This document shows positions 1 through 10,164 of a stretch of 64,000 nucleotides of DNA, piece after piece. The stretch comes from an alpha proteobacterium SCGC AAA536-K22 (GTDB lineage: Bacteria > Pseudomonadota > Alphaproteobacteria > Puniceispirillales > Marisalimonadaceae). How positions within the stretch are numbered: position 1 is the first letter of the stretch; each line of letters opens with the position of its first letter. Made by a program: the position numbers and the translations under genes. The notes under the pieces are model-generated. The model worked only from the letters and a program-made list of their open reading frames with translations, was not told the DNA's origin and ran no database searches. The stretch lies in contig ATWQ01000010.1 in assembly GCA_000421325.1 (NCBI GenBank), forward strand, positions 22 to 64,021, given 5' to 3'.

Positions 1-74
1 TTTTTGAGACTTTGCTAGCGTATTAAGAATACCTTTTGCTAAACTCTCTTTTTGTCTATTCTTAATTATTTCTG
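1..74. repeat. 74-bp exact inverted repeat, copy 1 (partner at 2193-2266)
   Basis: Reverse complement of 1-74 (cagaaataattaagaatagac...gcaaagtctcaaaaa) is identical to 2193-2266. Confidence 0.95.
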
Positions 75-465
75 GCTTTTTCTCCACTTTAGGTGGCAAT
101 ATTTTTTTTACTTTTTTTATTTTAAGTTTTGGTTTTTTTTTAATTAATTCTGCAATATTTTTAATTTCTTTTTTCTTCTTAAGCTCTACATTCTTTTTTT
201 CAATAATTTTTTTACTTGGTAATGGAGGTGGTGGTGGTGTTTTTTTAATCTTTTCTTTTTTTATTACCTTTTTAACTTTTTTAACTTCTTTTACTTTTGT
301 TTTTCCTAACTTAAGAGACGTTTTAGAACTAATTGGAGTATCTTCAACAATATCAATGGGTAACTCAACAGGCTCTTTCACTTTTAAAGAAGGTAACCCA
401 TAATAAGCGAACATTATAAGAAAGATATGGAGTCCAATCGAGATAAAAGTTGACTTAACCATCAT
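1..465 (-). CDS. tolA: TolA, N-terminal part (TM anchor plus Lys/Pro-rich linker); runs off the window edge
   Basis: Not in the ORF track; translated by hand from ATG at 465: MMVKSTFISIGLHIFLIMFAYYGLPSLK..., then a K/P-rich linker ending PEIIKNRQKESLAKGILNTLAKSQK. S-x3-H TM motif typical of TolA/TonB; lies directly downstream of tolR. Confidence 0.85.
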   Translation of the reverse strand, partial: MMVKSTFISIGLHIFLIMFAYYGLPSLKVKEPVELPIDIVEDTPISSKTSLKLGKTKVKEVKKVKKVIKKEKIKKTPPPPPLPSKKIIEKKNVELKKKKEIKNIAELIKKKPKLKIKKVKKILPPKVEKKPEIIKNRQKESLAKGILNTLAKSQK

Positions 466-466
466 C

Positions 467-892
467 TCAACTTTCTTTTAACTTAGCTACTAAAGCAACC
501 TTCTTAAACCCAGACCTTTTAATTTTGGCTATTGTATCTAAAACTATTCCATATGCGACATTTTTATCACCTCTAACATAAATTCTAAGATTTTTATTTC
601 CCTGCGAAATTGCTCTTAAGCGAGGCAAAAGATTGAGAGCGTCAATTGCTCTTTCTTGAATATATAAATCACCATTTTGTTTTATGCTAACCACAATTGG
701 GTCACCTTTTGAGTTTAATTGAGCTGCTTTTGTTTTTGGAAGATCTACTGAAACACCTACAGTCAATAAAGGGGCGGTAATCATGAACACGATTAACAAA
801 ACAAGCATAACGTCAACAAATGGCGTAACATTTATTTGGCTCATCGTTTTATTTTTTTTACTATTATTTTTTTTAAGGATGCGGTTATACAT
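467..892 (-). CDS. tolR: Tol-Pal system protein TolR
   Basis: INVTPFVDVMLVLLIVFMITAP ExbD/TolR signature; follows tolQ. Confidence 0.95.
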   Translation of the reverse strand: MYNRILKKNNSKKNKTMSQINVTPFVDVMLVLLIVFMITAPLLTVGVSVDLPKTKAAQLNSKGDPIVVSIKQNGDLYIQERAIDALNLLPRLRAISQGNKNLRIYVRGDKNVAYGIVLDTIAKIKRSGFKKVALVAKLKES

Positions 893-1606
893 TTAGTTTT
901 CTTCAAGCTGTCGTTGCAAAACTGATGAAAATTCTATTGAGAAATATTCTAAATTGTTAGATAATTTTTCTAAGTCATTAGAAAACTTGTTATAAGCGGC
1001 TACTGCAGGTATGGCTGCTAATAAACCTAGAGCCGTTGCAAACAACGCCTCAGCTATTCCTGGTGCAACCACTGCCAGACTTGTATTATTACTGATAGCT
1101 ATTGATTGAAAAGCATTAACTATACCCCAAACGGTCCCCAACAAACCTATAAAGGGTGCTACAGAACCAATTGAGGCAAGGAAGCTCATACCTTTTTCTA
1201 ATTTTTCAATCTCTCTACTTATAGAGATATGCATAGAATTATTAATTCTTTGAAATATTTCGTTAAATTTATTTGAAGATATAGATTGCTTTGAATTTAC
1301 TCTATTAAACTCTCTCATTCCAGTTATAAAAACTCTTACTTGAGCACCATTAATATTTTCAGAATATTCTTGATACAAATCGTCCAGATTAACGCCAGAC
1401 CAAAAAATATCTTCAAATTCCATAGAAAATTTTTTTTCTCTTCTTATAGTATTCGACTTATTAATAATGATTGTCCAACACCATATAGACGCAAAAATAA
1501 GAAGAAACATTACTCCTTTAACAAAAGGGTCTGCCTGAAAAAAAAGGCCTAATATAGTCAAATCAGGACCACTTGAAATAACTTCTGTCTTAACTTCTGT
1601 ATTCAT
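893..1606 (-). CDS. tolQ: Tol-Pal system protein TolQ
   Basis: APFIGLLGTVWGI and VVAPGIAEALFATALGLLAAIPAV MotA/TolQ motifs. Confidence 0.95.
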   Translation of the reverse strand: MNTEVKTEVISSGPDLTILGLFFQADPFVKGVMFLLIFASIWCWTIIINKSNTIRREKKFSMEFEDIFWSGVNLDDLYQEYSENINGAQVRVFITGMREFNRVNSKQSISSNKFNEIFQRINNSMHISISREIEKLEKGMSFLASIGSVAPFIGLLGTVWGIVNAFQSIAISNNTSLAVVAPGIAEALFATALGLLAAIPAVAAYNKFSNDLEKLSNNLEYFSIEFSSVLQRQLEEN

Positions 1607-1628
1607 TTTATAACCTTTACAATTCGTA

Positions 1629-2087
1629 TTAATTATTTTGAAAAAAAGAGTTTTTCAAAATCTTATTAATACGCCTTATTTTAAAGCTACTATTCATAGC
1701 TACTATTTGAATAACACCAGAGACTAATAACTCTTTTGTTTTATTTATATCACAATGCCTATATGCTAGTTGTTGTATTGTTATACTAGAATTTTTGGCA
1801 TATTTAAGGCAGGTTTCTATTAATAACGTATCATTCAAAATAGCTGGTTTGCACCATTGAATATCCGCCTTCCTTACTACTAAAATAATATCATGGTTTT
1901 TTTTTAAATTTAATTGATCTATTTTTAATAAGTTTAAAAGTGAAGTTCGCGCCCTTTCAAAATATTTTAAATAGTTTGAATGGTAAACAATCTGACCAGC
2001 ATCAGTGTCTTCGTAAAAAACTTTAACAAAGTAATAATGTCTATTATTATTGATAATACCATTAATATTTTGAAAATTAATTTCCAT
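1629..2087 (-). CDS. ybgC: Tol-Pal-associated acyl-CoA thioesterase
   Basis: VFYEDTDAGQIVYHSNYLKYFERAR hot-dog thioesterase motif; canonical position upstream of tolQ. Confidence 0.92.
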   Translation of the reverse strand: MEINFQNINGIINNNRHYYFVKVFYEDTDAGQIVYHSNYLKYFERARTSLLNLLKIDQLNLKKNHDIILVVRKADIQWCKPAILNDTLLIETCLKYAKNSSITIQQLAYRHCDINKTKELLVSGVIQIVAMNSSFKIRRINKILKNSFFQNN

Positions 2088-2109
2088 TTACCTAAAATAA
2101 TCCAAAAAA

Positions 2110-2192
2110 TTATTTCTCAGTCAAATTCATCATATCAGACTGTTCTTCGGCATTTTTGGGTGGATTTAAACCTAAATGTCTCCAACCTGAAG
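2110..2192 (-). pseudogene. ruvB: 3' remnant of Holliday junction helicase RuvB, cut by the inversion junction
   Basis: Manual translation SGWRHLGLNPPKNAEEQSDMMNLTEK* resembles the RuvB C-terminal (W/Y)xHLGLxPP; ruvB normally precedes ybgC-tolQ. Confidence 0.65.
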
Positions 2193-2266
2193 CAGAAATA
2201 ATTAAGAATAGACAAAAAGAGAGTTTAGCAAAAGGTATTCTTAATACGCTAGCAAAGTCTCAAAAA
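2193..2266. repeat. 74-bp exact inverted repeat, copy 2 (partner at 1-74)
   Basis: Identical to the reverse complement of 1-74; the match stops at 2192/75. Confidence 0.95.
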
Positions 2267-2686
2267 AAAGTTGAAAAAAATAAAAAAGACAAAAAAGAAT
2301 ATAATAACACTGAAATATTAAAAAAAATTAAAAAAATAGCTGGTAATTCAAACAGGCAAGTTCAACAAACTGAAATAAAGTTAAGTATTACAGACATTAA
2401 TAAAATCCAAAATCATGTTAAAAAATTTTGGAATGTTAGTTACGCAGCAAGTGAAGTTAAAATGGTTATCACTTTAAAAATAAGGACTAGTGTTGATGGA
2501 AGTATTAAAAGTGTAATAATTTATGATAAAAATTTATATCAAAAAGATAAATTTTATCGTGCAACAGCTGATACAGCTAGGCGAGCAGTGTTAGATAGTT
2601 CTCCATTGCCATTACCAAAAGGGAAAGAAAAGAAATTTGAAAATTTTTTATTTGATTTCGACCCATCCTTTATTACTAATTATTAA
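2193..2686 (+). CDS. tolA: TolA, C-terminal part (domain III); the ORF-track start at 2156 is an artefact of the junction
   Basis: Begins EIIKNRQKESLAKGILNTLAKSQK, the same peptide as the end of the minus-strand tolA piece. Contains IQNHVKKFWN...ADTARRAVLDSSPLPLP...FDP TolA C-domain; precedes tolB. Confidence 0.85.
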
Positions 2687-2751
2687 TTTAAATATTTTAA
2701 CAGTTGCCATAATCCTGCCTCATAAAGTAATTAATTAATATTAAACAAATT

Positions 2752-4104
2752 TTGAGGTTGATTTTGAGAAATTATTTAAATTCGTCATTTTTTAAGGTTT
2801 TAATTTTTTTTTATTCTTTTTTAATCTCTAACAGTTTTGCAGATGATGTTAGAATAAAAATTAATTCAGGTCAGGTTGAACCACTACCAATAGCTATCGC
2901 TGATTTTACTGGTGGAGAGGGAAAAGCAAATGAAATTGGCCGTCAAATTGCAGAAGTTATATCAAATAACCTAGTTGGATCGGGGCAATTTAAGGCAGTT
3001 GAAAGTGCGGCTTTTATAGCCCCACCAACAAGTCCTTCTGTCAGGCCAAACTTTACTGATTGGACTCCTCTCGGTATAAAAGCCCTAATAACAGGGTCAG
3101 TTAAAAACATAAATGAACAACAGGTAGAAGTAGAGTTTAGATTATGGGATGTTATTGCTGAGACTGACTTAATTGGTTTAAGATTGAGTGTTAATGAAAA
3201 ATCATGGCGAAGGGTTGCTCACATAATCTCTGATGAAATTTTTGAAAGATTATCGGGAGATAGTGGTTATTTTGATACAAGAATAGTTTACGTTGCCGAG
3301 TCAGGAGCTCAAAATAAACGTTTAAAAAGACTTGCCATAATGGATCAAGATGGTGAAAATCATCAATATTTAACTGACGGTAGTTTCTTAGTTTTAACTC
3401 CAAGATTTTCTCCAACAACCCAAGAAATAACATATTTAGCATATTTTAAAAACGAACCAAGAGTATATATCTTTAATTTGGAAACAGGAGAACAAGAGTT
3501 ATTAGGCTCTTTTCCTGGAATGACATTCGCACCAAGATTTTCTCCGCAAGGTGATAAAATTATTATGAGTTTAGCAGAAAAAGGTGTGACTGATATTTAT
3601 ACTATGAATTTAAATAATCAAGAAGTAGTAAGGCTCACGAATAGTCCTTCTATAGACACATCTCCAAGTTTTTCTCCAGATGGAAAAAAGATTATTTTCA
3701 ACTCTGATCGTGGTGGATCTCAACAAATTTATATAATGGATGCTAGTGGAAAAAATATTAAAAGAATTTCCTACGGGCAAGGAAGATATGCAACACCCGT
3801 ATGGGCGCCAAAAGGAAAATTAATCGCATTCACTAAAATGTTCAAAAATACATTCTATATTGGCGTAATGTCACCAGATGGATCTGGAGAAAGATTGTTA
3901 GCGAAAGGATATTTGGTTGAAGGTCCTACTTGGGCACCTAATGGCAGAGTGCTAATGTATTTTAAACAAGACGCTCCCATCGATGATGGAAAAAGTTCTA
4001 GTGTAAATTTATACAAAATTGATATTACTGGTTTTAGAGAAACACGAGTTATTACACCTAGTGATGGTTCAGACCCTGCTTGGTCTCCGCTAATACCTAA
4101 TTGA
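2752..4104 (+). CDS. tolB: Tol-Pal beta-propeller protein TolB
   Basis: [12 protein letters not shown] and RLAIMDQDG; repeated PxFSPDG/WAP PD40 repeats. Confidence 0.97.
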   Translation: MRLILRNYLNSSFFKVLIFFYSFLISNSFADDVRIKINSGQVEPLPIAIADFTGGEGKANEIGRQIAEVISNNLVGSGQFKAVESAAFIAPPTSPSVRPNFTDWTPLGIKALITGSVKNINEQQVEVEFRLWDVIAETDLIGLRLSVNEKSWRRVAHIISDEIFERLSGDSGYFDTRIVYVAESGAQNKRLKRLAIMDQDGENHQYLTDGSFLVLTPRFSPTTQEITYLAYFKNEPRVYIFNLETGEQELLGSFPGMTFAPRFSPQGDKIIMSLAEKGVTDIYTMNLNNQEVVRLTNSPSIDTSPSFSPDGKKIIFNSDRGGSQQIYIMDASGKNIKRISYGQGRYATPVWAPKGKLIAFTKMFKNTFYIGVMSPDGSGERLLAKGYLVEGPTWAPNGRVLMYFKQDAPIDDGKSSSVNLYKIDITGFRETRVITPSDGSDPAWSPLIPN

Positions 4105-4208
4105 TCAAGAGGAATTTAAAAATGTTGAATTTAAAAATTATTTAGTTTAATGTGTTGAAATTAAATTTATTTTAGTTATTTGATTTAGCTAGTTTTAAGG
4201 AGTTTGGA

Positions 4209-4733
4209 ATGAATAAGAATATAATTGCTTTAATTGGAGCTGTGGCTTTACTTTCAGCTTGCGAGACTGCATCTCAAAAAGTAGTTACAGGTAGTGCTGC
4301 ATCATCTTCAAGTGGGTCTGCATCAGCTTCAACCTCAAGCTCAGTTGATAAAAGCAAAAGTTTATTTGCTCAAGCTAAGCAAACAGCTTCAGACAAATTA
4401 ATTGCTATAGGTGATAGAGTTTTATTTGACTATGACTCAGCTAAATTAGACTCAAGTGCAAAAATAATGCTAGATGCACAATCAAGATTTTTAAGAGCTA
4501 ACACAGATATGAACTTTATAGTTGAAGGCCATTGTGACGAAAGAGGTACACGTGAGTACAACTTAGCCTTAGGTGAGCAAAGAGCAACGGCTGTGAGGGA
4601 TTATTTAGTTATAAATGGAATTGACCCGGATAGAATTAAGGTAATTTCTTATGGCAAAGAAAAACCTGCAGTTGTTGGATCAAATGGTATGGCGTGGTCA
4701 AAAAACAGACGTGCTGTAACCATTATTGATTAA
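4209..4733 (+). CDS. pal: Peptidoglycan-associated lipoprotein Pal
   Basis: Lipobox LSAC; EGHCDERGTREYNLALGEQRA and SYGKEKP OmpA-like domain. Confidence 0.97.
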   Translation: MNKNIIALIGAVALLSACETASQKVVTGSAASSSSGSASASTSSSVDKSKSLFAQAKQTASDKLIAIGDRVLFDYDSAKLDSSAKIMLDAQSRFLRANTDMNFIVEGHCDERGTREYNLALGEQRATAVRDYLVINGIDPDRIKVISYGKEKPAVVGSNGMAWSKNRRAVTIID

Positions 4734-4801
4734 GGCTTAAATTTATTTGTTTTATATAATATCCTATATTTAAATATTTATATAGTTATGTGGATATAAA
4801 A

Positions 4802-5743
4802 ATGTCTAGATTGAGATATCTAATTATATCAATTTTATTAGTTTTTTGTTTTTCACCAGTCTATTCTCAAACGATAGAGGGTTTGAGAGATATAGTATCA
4901 TTTCAACAGGAAAAAATTTCTAGAATTGAAGATAATCTCAAAAAATTAGTTGGTTTAATTGAAGAACAATCTAATCTTAATAGTGAAAATAATAATTTAA
5001 AATCAATTAAAAATCAGATAAATAATATTAATGATAAATTAAGATTATTTGAAAATAATATAAAAAATATTACCAACCTGACTTATGACCTAGATTTTGC
5101 ACTTAAACGAGTTGAACGTCATCTCCAGTTATCAGCTATAAAATCTGACAACGATAAAAGTAAAGAGAATACAGATAATACTGATTACAAAATTGAAAAG
5201 AAAGCCGATGTTAATAAGAAAAGTTTAGATGCTAAAACTAACGGTGTTCTTGGATTTGTTAAAGAATCTGACACTAAAGAGAATCTATCTAATGACACAA
5301 CAACTAATCAAATGACAAAAGAGGATAAAAAAGTAACGCTATTACCACAAGGTACAGCTGATGAAAATTATAATTATGCTCTTGATTTAGCAAGTCAACT
5401 CGATTTTATTAATGCAGAGAAAGCATTTAAAGAGTTCTTAATTACACATAAGGATAGTAGCAAGATTGCAGACGCCCAATATTGGCTCGGTAGAGTTTAT
5501 TTTGCACAAAAGAAATTTGAAGAAGCAGCTATTGCTTTAGCTGAGTTTAATAGCGTATTCCCTAATGATATAAGGTTTCAAGAGGCAACCTTGCTAATTG
5601 CGGAAGCAGCTGTGAATTTTGCACCTAAAAGTCAATTATGCGATATTTTAAATCAATCACTAGAATTTATGATTAATCCTTCTGAAAAATTCATAAAAAG
5701 AATTAATTTTTTAAAGAATGAAAAGCAATGCTCCGCTGAATGA
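4802..5743 (+). CDS. cpoB: Cell division coordinator CpoB/YbgF (coiled coil plus TPR)
   Basis: Signal peptide, coiled coil, TPR AQYWLGRVYFAQKKFEEAA; follows pal. ATG at 4802 preferred over GTG at 4790. Confidence 0.85.
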   Translation: MSRLRYLIISILLVFCFSPVYSQTIEGLRDIVSFQQEKISRIEDNLKKLVGLIEEQSNLNSENNNLKSIKNQINNINDKLRLFENNIKNITNLTYDLDFALKRVERHLQLSAIKSDNDKSKENTDNTDYKIEKKADVNKKSLDAKTNGVLGFVKESDTKENLSNDTTTNQMTKEDKKVTLLPQGTADENYNYALDLASQLDFINAEKAFKEFLITHKDSSKIADAQYWLGRVYFAQKKFEEAAIALAEFNSVFPNDIRFQEATLLIAEAAVNFAPKSQLCDILNQSLEFMINPSEKFIKRINFLKNEKQCSAE

Positions 5744-7038
5744 TTGAAGTTTTTAATAATCATTTTCAAGAAATTTGTAAAAATTTAACGTCAAGCAAAA
5801 AAACATTTGTACTTGGTCTGTCAGGTGGGATGGATTCTATGGCGTTATTATATTTACTTAAAAATTTTGTAGAAAATAACAAAAAATTTAAAATAGAAAT
5901 TTTTCCAGTAATAATTGACCATAATTTAAGACAAGTATCTAGTAAAGAAGCGTATGAAGTAAAAAAAATAGCAGACGATCTTGGTTTTAGCACAAATATT
6001 AAAAAGATTTATAGTAAAATACCAACAGGAAATATTCAAAACTGGGCAAGAAAAAAAAGAAGAGATTTATTATGTGAGAGTGCCTATGGACTATCAGCTA
6101 ATTTGCTATTAGCCCATCACTTTGATGATCAGGCTGAAACATTATTTATGAGATTTACAAAAAAATCTGGTCTTGAAGGTCTGCAAGGAATGCGTTCTAT
6201 TAGTTTTTGGAACGGAATTTCCATAATAAGACCTCTTCTTTTTTTTACAAAAAAACAATTAAGAAGCTATGTAGAAAATAAGAATATTAATTTTTTTGAA
6301 GATACTTCTAACTCTATGTTAGAATTTGAAAGAGTAAAAACAAGATATTTACTTAATAGAATTAGGAAAAATAAATGGCCTAATATTTCACAAGATTTAA
6401 ATAAATTCAGTGATATAAATAATCACTTAATAAAAAAAATTAAATTTCTTTCTACTAGTTGGGTTAAACAAAATATATTAATTGACGCTTCAGGAGCAGT
6501 AATAGTTAATTACAATAATTTGAAAATAATTTGTCAGAAATCAAATCTTTTTTCTATCAATATTGTTGGTAAAATAATTCAAACTGTTGGTGGGAAGGAG
6601 TACCCTCCAAAAAGAAAAAAAACTTACAATCTTATACACTCTATATTTTTTAATGATTCTAATAATAAAACTCTCGGTAATGTTAACATATTTAGAAAAA
6701 AAAATGATGTATACTTTGTAAGAGAGCAGAGAAATATAAATTTAAATATAGAAATTAAGAAAGACAAGCTTCATATTTTTGATGGCAGATTTTTAATTAT
6801 TAGTAAAAAATCTGGTTATTTAATTTCATCTTCTGGAAATGATCCTAAAATAATTAGTAATGTAAATCCTTTTTTTAAATATAAAGATATTATAAATAAT
6901 ACGATTCCTTACTTGCAAACACTTGAAGGTACACGCATTAAACCCCATTTAAGACTTATGAATATAAATTCAGAACTAAATAAAAAACCAAATAATATAT
7001 CTTTTGGTCTTTACCTCATGAATAGAGTATTGGTATAA
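5740..7038 (+). CDS. tilS: tRNA(Ile)-lysidine synthetase
   Basis: PP-loop LSGGMDS, DHNLR, AHHFDDQAET; lies upstream of ftsH. Confidence 0.93.
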   Translation: MIEVFNNHFQEICKNLTSSKKTFVLGLSGGMDSMALLYLLKNFVENNKKFKIEIFPVIIDHNLRQVSSKEAYEVKKIADDLGFSTNIKKIYSKIPTGNIQNWARKKRRDLLCESAYGLSANLLLAHHFDDQAETLFMRFTKKSGLEGLQGMRSISFWNGISIIRPLLFFTKKQLRSYVENKNINFFEDTSNSMLEFERVKTRYLLNRIRKNKWPNISQDLNKFSDINNHLIKKIKFLSTSWVKQNILIDASGAVIVNYNNLKIICQKSNLFSINIVGKIIQTVGGKEYPPKRKKTYNLIHSIFFNDSNNKTLGNVNIFRKKNDVYFVREQRNINLNIEIKKDKLHIFDGRFLIISKKSGYLISSSGNDPKIISNVNPFFKYKDIINNTIPYLQTLEGTRIKPHLRLMNINSELNKKPNNISFGLYLMNRVLV

Positions 7039-7063
7039 TTAATTTAATATTAAAAGGAAAATA

Positions 7064-8992
7064 ATGAATAACTTTGGAAAAAATATAGCAGTTTGGGTAA
7101 TAATATCTCTTGTACTAGTCGCAATTTTCAATGTGTTTCAAGGTGGTTCTTCTAAAGACACAGGCAATGCCATAGCTTACTCAGATTTTCTTGCTAGAGT
7201 TAATGCTGGAGAAGTTAGGGAAGTAAGTATCCAAGGTGATAAAATTTTTGGTGCATCTAGTAGTGGAGTTCCTTTTTATTCATTTATACCAAAGGAAGAT
7301 GAATTAGCTAATAAGTTATCAGAAAAAGGTATAAAAGTTACTTCTGAGCCAGCTGAAGGTGGTATGCCGGGTATACTCTCAGTTCTCATATCATGGTTTC
7401 CAATGTTACTATTTATAGGCGTTTGGATTTTCTTTATGAAGCAGATGCAGGGTGGTGCCAAAGGAGCTATGGGTTTTGGAAAATCAAAGGCTAAACTTTT
7501 GACTGAGCATAGAGATAAAATTACTTTTAGAGATGTTGCGGGTATTGACGAAGCAAAAGCTGAACTTGAAGAAGTTGTTGAATTTTTAAAAGATCCAAGC
7601 AGATTTCAAAAACTTGGTGGTAAAATCCCTAAAGGGGTATTATTAGTCGGTCCTCCTGGAACTGGTAAAACTTTGTTAGCTAAAGCGGTTGCCGGTGAGG
7701 CTGGAGTTCCTTTTTTTACTATTTCAGGTTCGGATTTTGTTGAAATGTTTGTAGGAGTTGGTGCTTCTAGAGTTAGAGATATGTTTGAACAGGGTAAAAA
7801 AAATTCACCTTGTATAATATTTATAGACGAAATTGATGCTATGGGTAGACATAGAGGTGCTGGTTTAGGTGGAGGAAATGATGAACGAGAGCAAACTCTA
7901 AATCAACTGCTAGTTGAAATGGATGGTTTTGAAACGAATGAGGGTGTTATACTTGTTGCAGCTACTAATAGACCGGATGTTTTAGACCCGGCATTGTTAA
8001 GGCCTGGACGATTCGATAGACAAGTCGTCGTACCTAATCCAGATATGATCGGAAGAGAAAAAATTTTGAAGGTCCATATGAAAAAAGTGCCTTTGTCTTC
8101 TGATGTTATAACCAAAACTTTAGCTCGTGGTACTCCTGGGTTTTCAGGAGCAGATTTAGCTAACCTTGTAAATGAAGCTGCCCTGTTATCTGCGCGCAAA
8201 GGTAGAAATAATGTGAGTATGGTTGAATTTGAAGAAGCTAAAGATAAAGTCATGATGGGATCTGAAAGAAGATCCATGGTAATGACAGAGGATGAAAGAA
8301 AACTAACTGCTTATCATGAAGCAGGTCATGCGGTTGTGGCCGCTTATTCACCTGCAAGCGATCCAATACATAAGGCAACTATAATACCTCGAGGAAGAGC
8401 TTTAGGTATGGTTATGAGATTACCTGAGGGCGATAGGGTCTCTATGGCTAAAGATAAACTTTATGCAGACCTTAGAGTAGCATGTGGTGGAAGAATTGCT
8501 GAAGAAATGATATTTGGAAAGGAAAAAGTTACCACAGGTGCGAGTTCTGACATTAGAATGGTAACTGATACTGCTAGACGGATGGTCACAGAATGGGGAC
8601 TTTCTGAAAAACTTGGATTTTTAGCTTACGAAGCTAATGAGCAAGAGGTTTTTCTTGGAAGATCTGTTTCTCAACAAAAAAACTTGTCAGATAATACCGC
8701 CTCTATAGTAGATAATGAGATTCGTAGAATTGCAGACTCTGTTTACGTAGACGCAGAAAAAATGTTAAAAAAGTATTCCAAGCAACTTAAGAGAGTTGCA
8801 GAAGCTTTATTAGAATATGAAACCCTAGATGGCAAACAAATTCAAGATTTATGCAAAGGATTAAATATTTCTATCAAAAAATCTGATAATGATGATAGTA
8901 CCCCAAAAGCAAAAAAGCCAAAGAAAAGAGCAGGAATTCCTTCGACAACAGCTAAACAAACGATTGTTACTAATGAAATAGATAATTCTTAA
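7064..8992 (+). CDS. ftsH: ATP-dependent zinc metalloprotease FtsH
   Basis: Two TM segments, Walker [31 protein letters not shown] zinc motif. Confidence 0.99.
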   Translation: MNNFGKNIAVWVIISLVLVAIFNVFQGGSSKDTGNAIAYSDFLARVNAGEVREVSIQGDKIFGASSSGVPFYSFIPKEDELANKLSEKGIKVTSEPAEGGMPGILSVLISWFPMLLFIGVWIFFMKQMQGGAKGAMGFGKSKAKLLTEHRDKITFRDVAGIDEAKAELEEVVEFLKDPSRFQKLGGKIPKGVLLVGPPGTGKTLLAKAVAGEAGVPFFTISGSDFVEMFVGVGASRVRDMFEQGKKNSPCIIFIDEIDAMGRHRGAGLGGGNDEREQTLNQLLVEMDGFETNEGVILVAATNRPDVLDPALLRPGRFDRQVVVPNPDMIGREKILKVHMKKVPLSSDVITKTLARGTPGFSGADLANLVNEAALLSARKGRNNVSMVEFEEAKDKVMMGSERRSMVMTEDERKLTAYHEAGHAVVAAYSPASDPIHKATIIPRGRALGMVMRLPEGDRVSMAKDKLYADLRVACGGRIAEEMIFGKEKVTTGASSDIRMVTDTARRMVTEWGLSEKLGFLAYEANEQEVFLGRSVSQQKNLSDNTASIVDNEIRRIADSVYVDAEKMLKKYSKQLKRVAEALLEYETLDGKQIQDLCKGLNISIKKSDNDDSTPKAKKPKKRAGIPSTTAKQTIVTNEIDNS

Positions 8993-9019
8993 TTTTAATT
9001 ATATTACATTATTAATTGA

Positions 9020-10153
9020 ATGACTAATGTTGAAAAAAATAAAGACCTGTTCGCACCTCCATTTTGCGAAACAGTTGAAACCTTTATTGCACCTATCCCT
9101 ATATTTAAATTTGAAACTACTAATAGTCTTAGAATTGGTGGAGGCTGGAAATATTTTAATCAGCTAAAAGTTATACAGAAAAACAATGACTCATATGTTG
9201 AAGTTATTATGTCTCCTTCAAAATTATTAAGTTCTTCTAAAACTCACGGTAAAAGTTGTCTATTAAGAGCTGAAATGAATTTAGAAAATATTTTAAAACA
9301 AAGATTACCGTATTCTAAACTTGACATGTCAGAACCCCACATTATGGGTATAGTAAATATAAATGGTGACAGTTTTTATAAGAATAGCCAAAAAATGGAT
9401 TATGGCTCCGTAAAAAAAACTTTTGAAAAAATGCAACGTTTTGGTGCGTCAATTATTGATTTAGGAGGAGAGTCTACAAGACCTGGTTCAAAAAAGATTT
9501 CAGCCAGTGAAGAAAAGGATAGAGTGATACAAATAATCCAGAGTTTAAAAGAACACAATTATAAATCCTTAATATCTCTAGATACACGAAATTTTTCTAC
9601 TATGAAAAAAGGTTATAGAAAAGGTGTAGATATTATAAATGATATTACTGGTTTTAATGATAAAAAGAAAATTGACTTTGTATCAAAAAATAAAACGCCA
9701 ATAGTAGTGATGCATATGCAAAGAGATCCAGAGAATATGCAAAAAAATCCTAAATATAATTTTGCACCAATAGACATATATAAATTTTTTCAAAAAAAAA
9801 TTAACGAATTAATAGATATGGGAGTTGATTTAGCAAACATAGTGATTGACCCAGGAATTGGCTTTGGTAAAAATAAATTTCATAATTTGGATATTCTACG
9901 TAATTTGTCACTTTTCCATAGTCTAGGTGTTCCAATTTTAATTGGATTGAGTAGAAAGTCATTAATTGAAGAGCTTACGATTGACAATTTTAAATCTCGT
10001 GGAATTAATAAATTATCAGTGAGTCCAAGTAAAAGGTTGAGCGGTTCAATAGCTTTTGCTATGCATGCTATTAATAATGGTGTTCAAATTATAAGAACTC
10101 ATGATGTACTAGAAACAAACCAGGCATTAATATGCCAAAGAGCTTTAATTTAA
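9020..10153 (+). CDS. folP: Dihydropteroate synthase with N-terminal extension
   Basis: IMGIVNINGDSF, GGESTRPG, IDPGIGFGK, SRKS and IIRTHDV motifs. Confidence 0.93.
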   Translation: MTNVEKNKDLFAPPFCETVETFIAPIPIFKFETTNSLRIGGGWKYFNQLKVIQKNNDSYVEVIMSPSKLLSSSKTHGKSCLLRAEMNLENILKQRLPYSKLDMSEPHIMGIVNINGDSFYKNSQKMDYGSVKKTFEKMQRFGASIIDLGGESTRPGSKKISASEEKDRVIQIIQSLKEHNYKSLISLDTRNFSTMKKGYRKGVDIINDITGFNDKKKIDFVSKNKTPIVVMHMQRDPENMQKNPKYNFAPIDIYKFFQKKINELIDMGVDLANIVIDPGIGFGKNKFHNLDILRNLSLFHSLGVPILIGLSRKSLIEELTIDNFKSRGINKLSVSPSKRLSGSIAFAMHAINNGVQIIRTHDVLETNQALICQRALI

Positions 10154-10164
10154 AAAGGTTTTAA

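Noticed and set aside
2156-2192. N-terminus MGGFKPKCLQPE of the 176-aa ORF as a novel TolA variant
   Set aside because: It is antisense ruvB-like sequence fused at the inversion junction.
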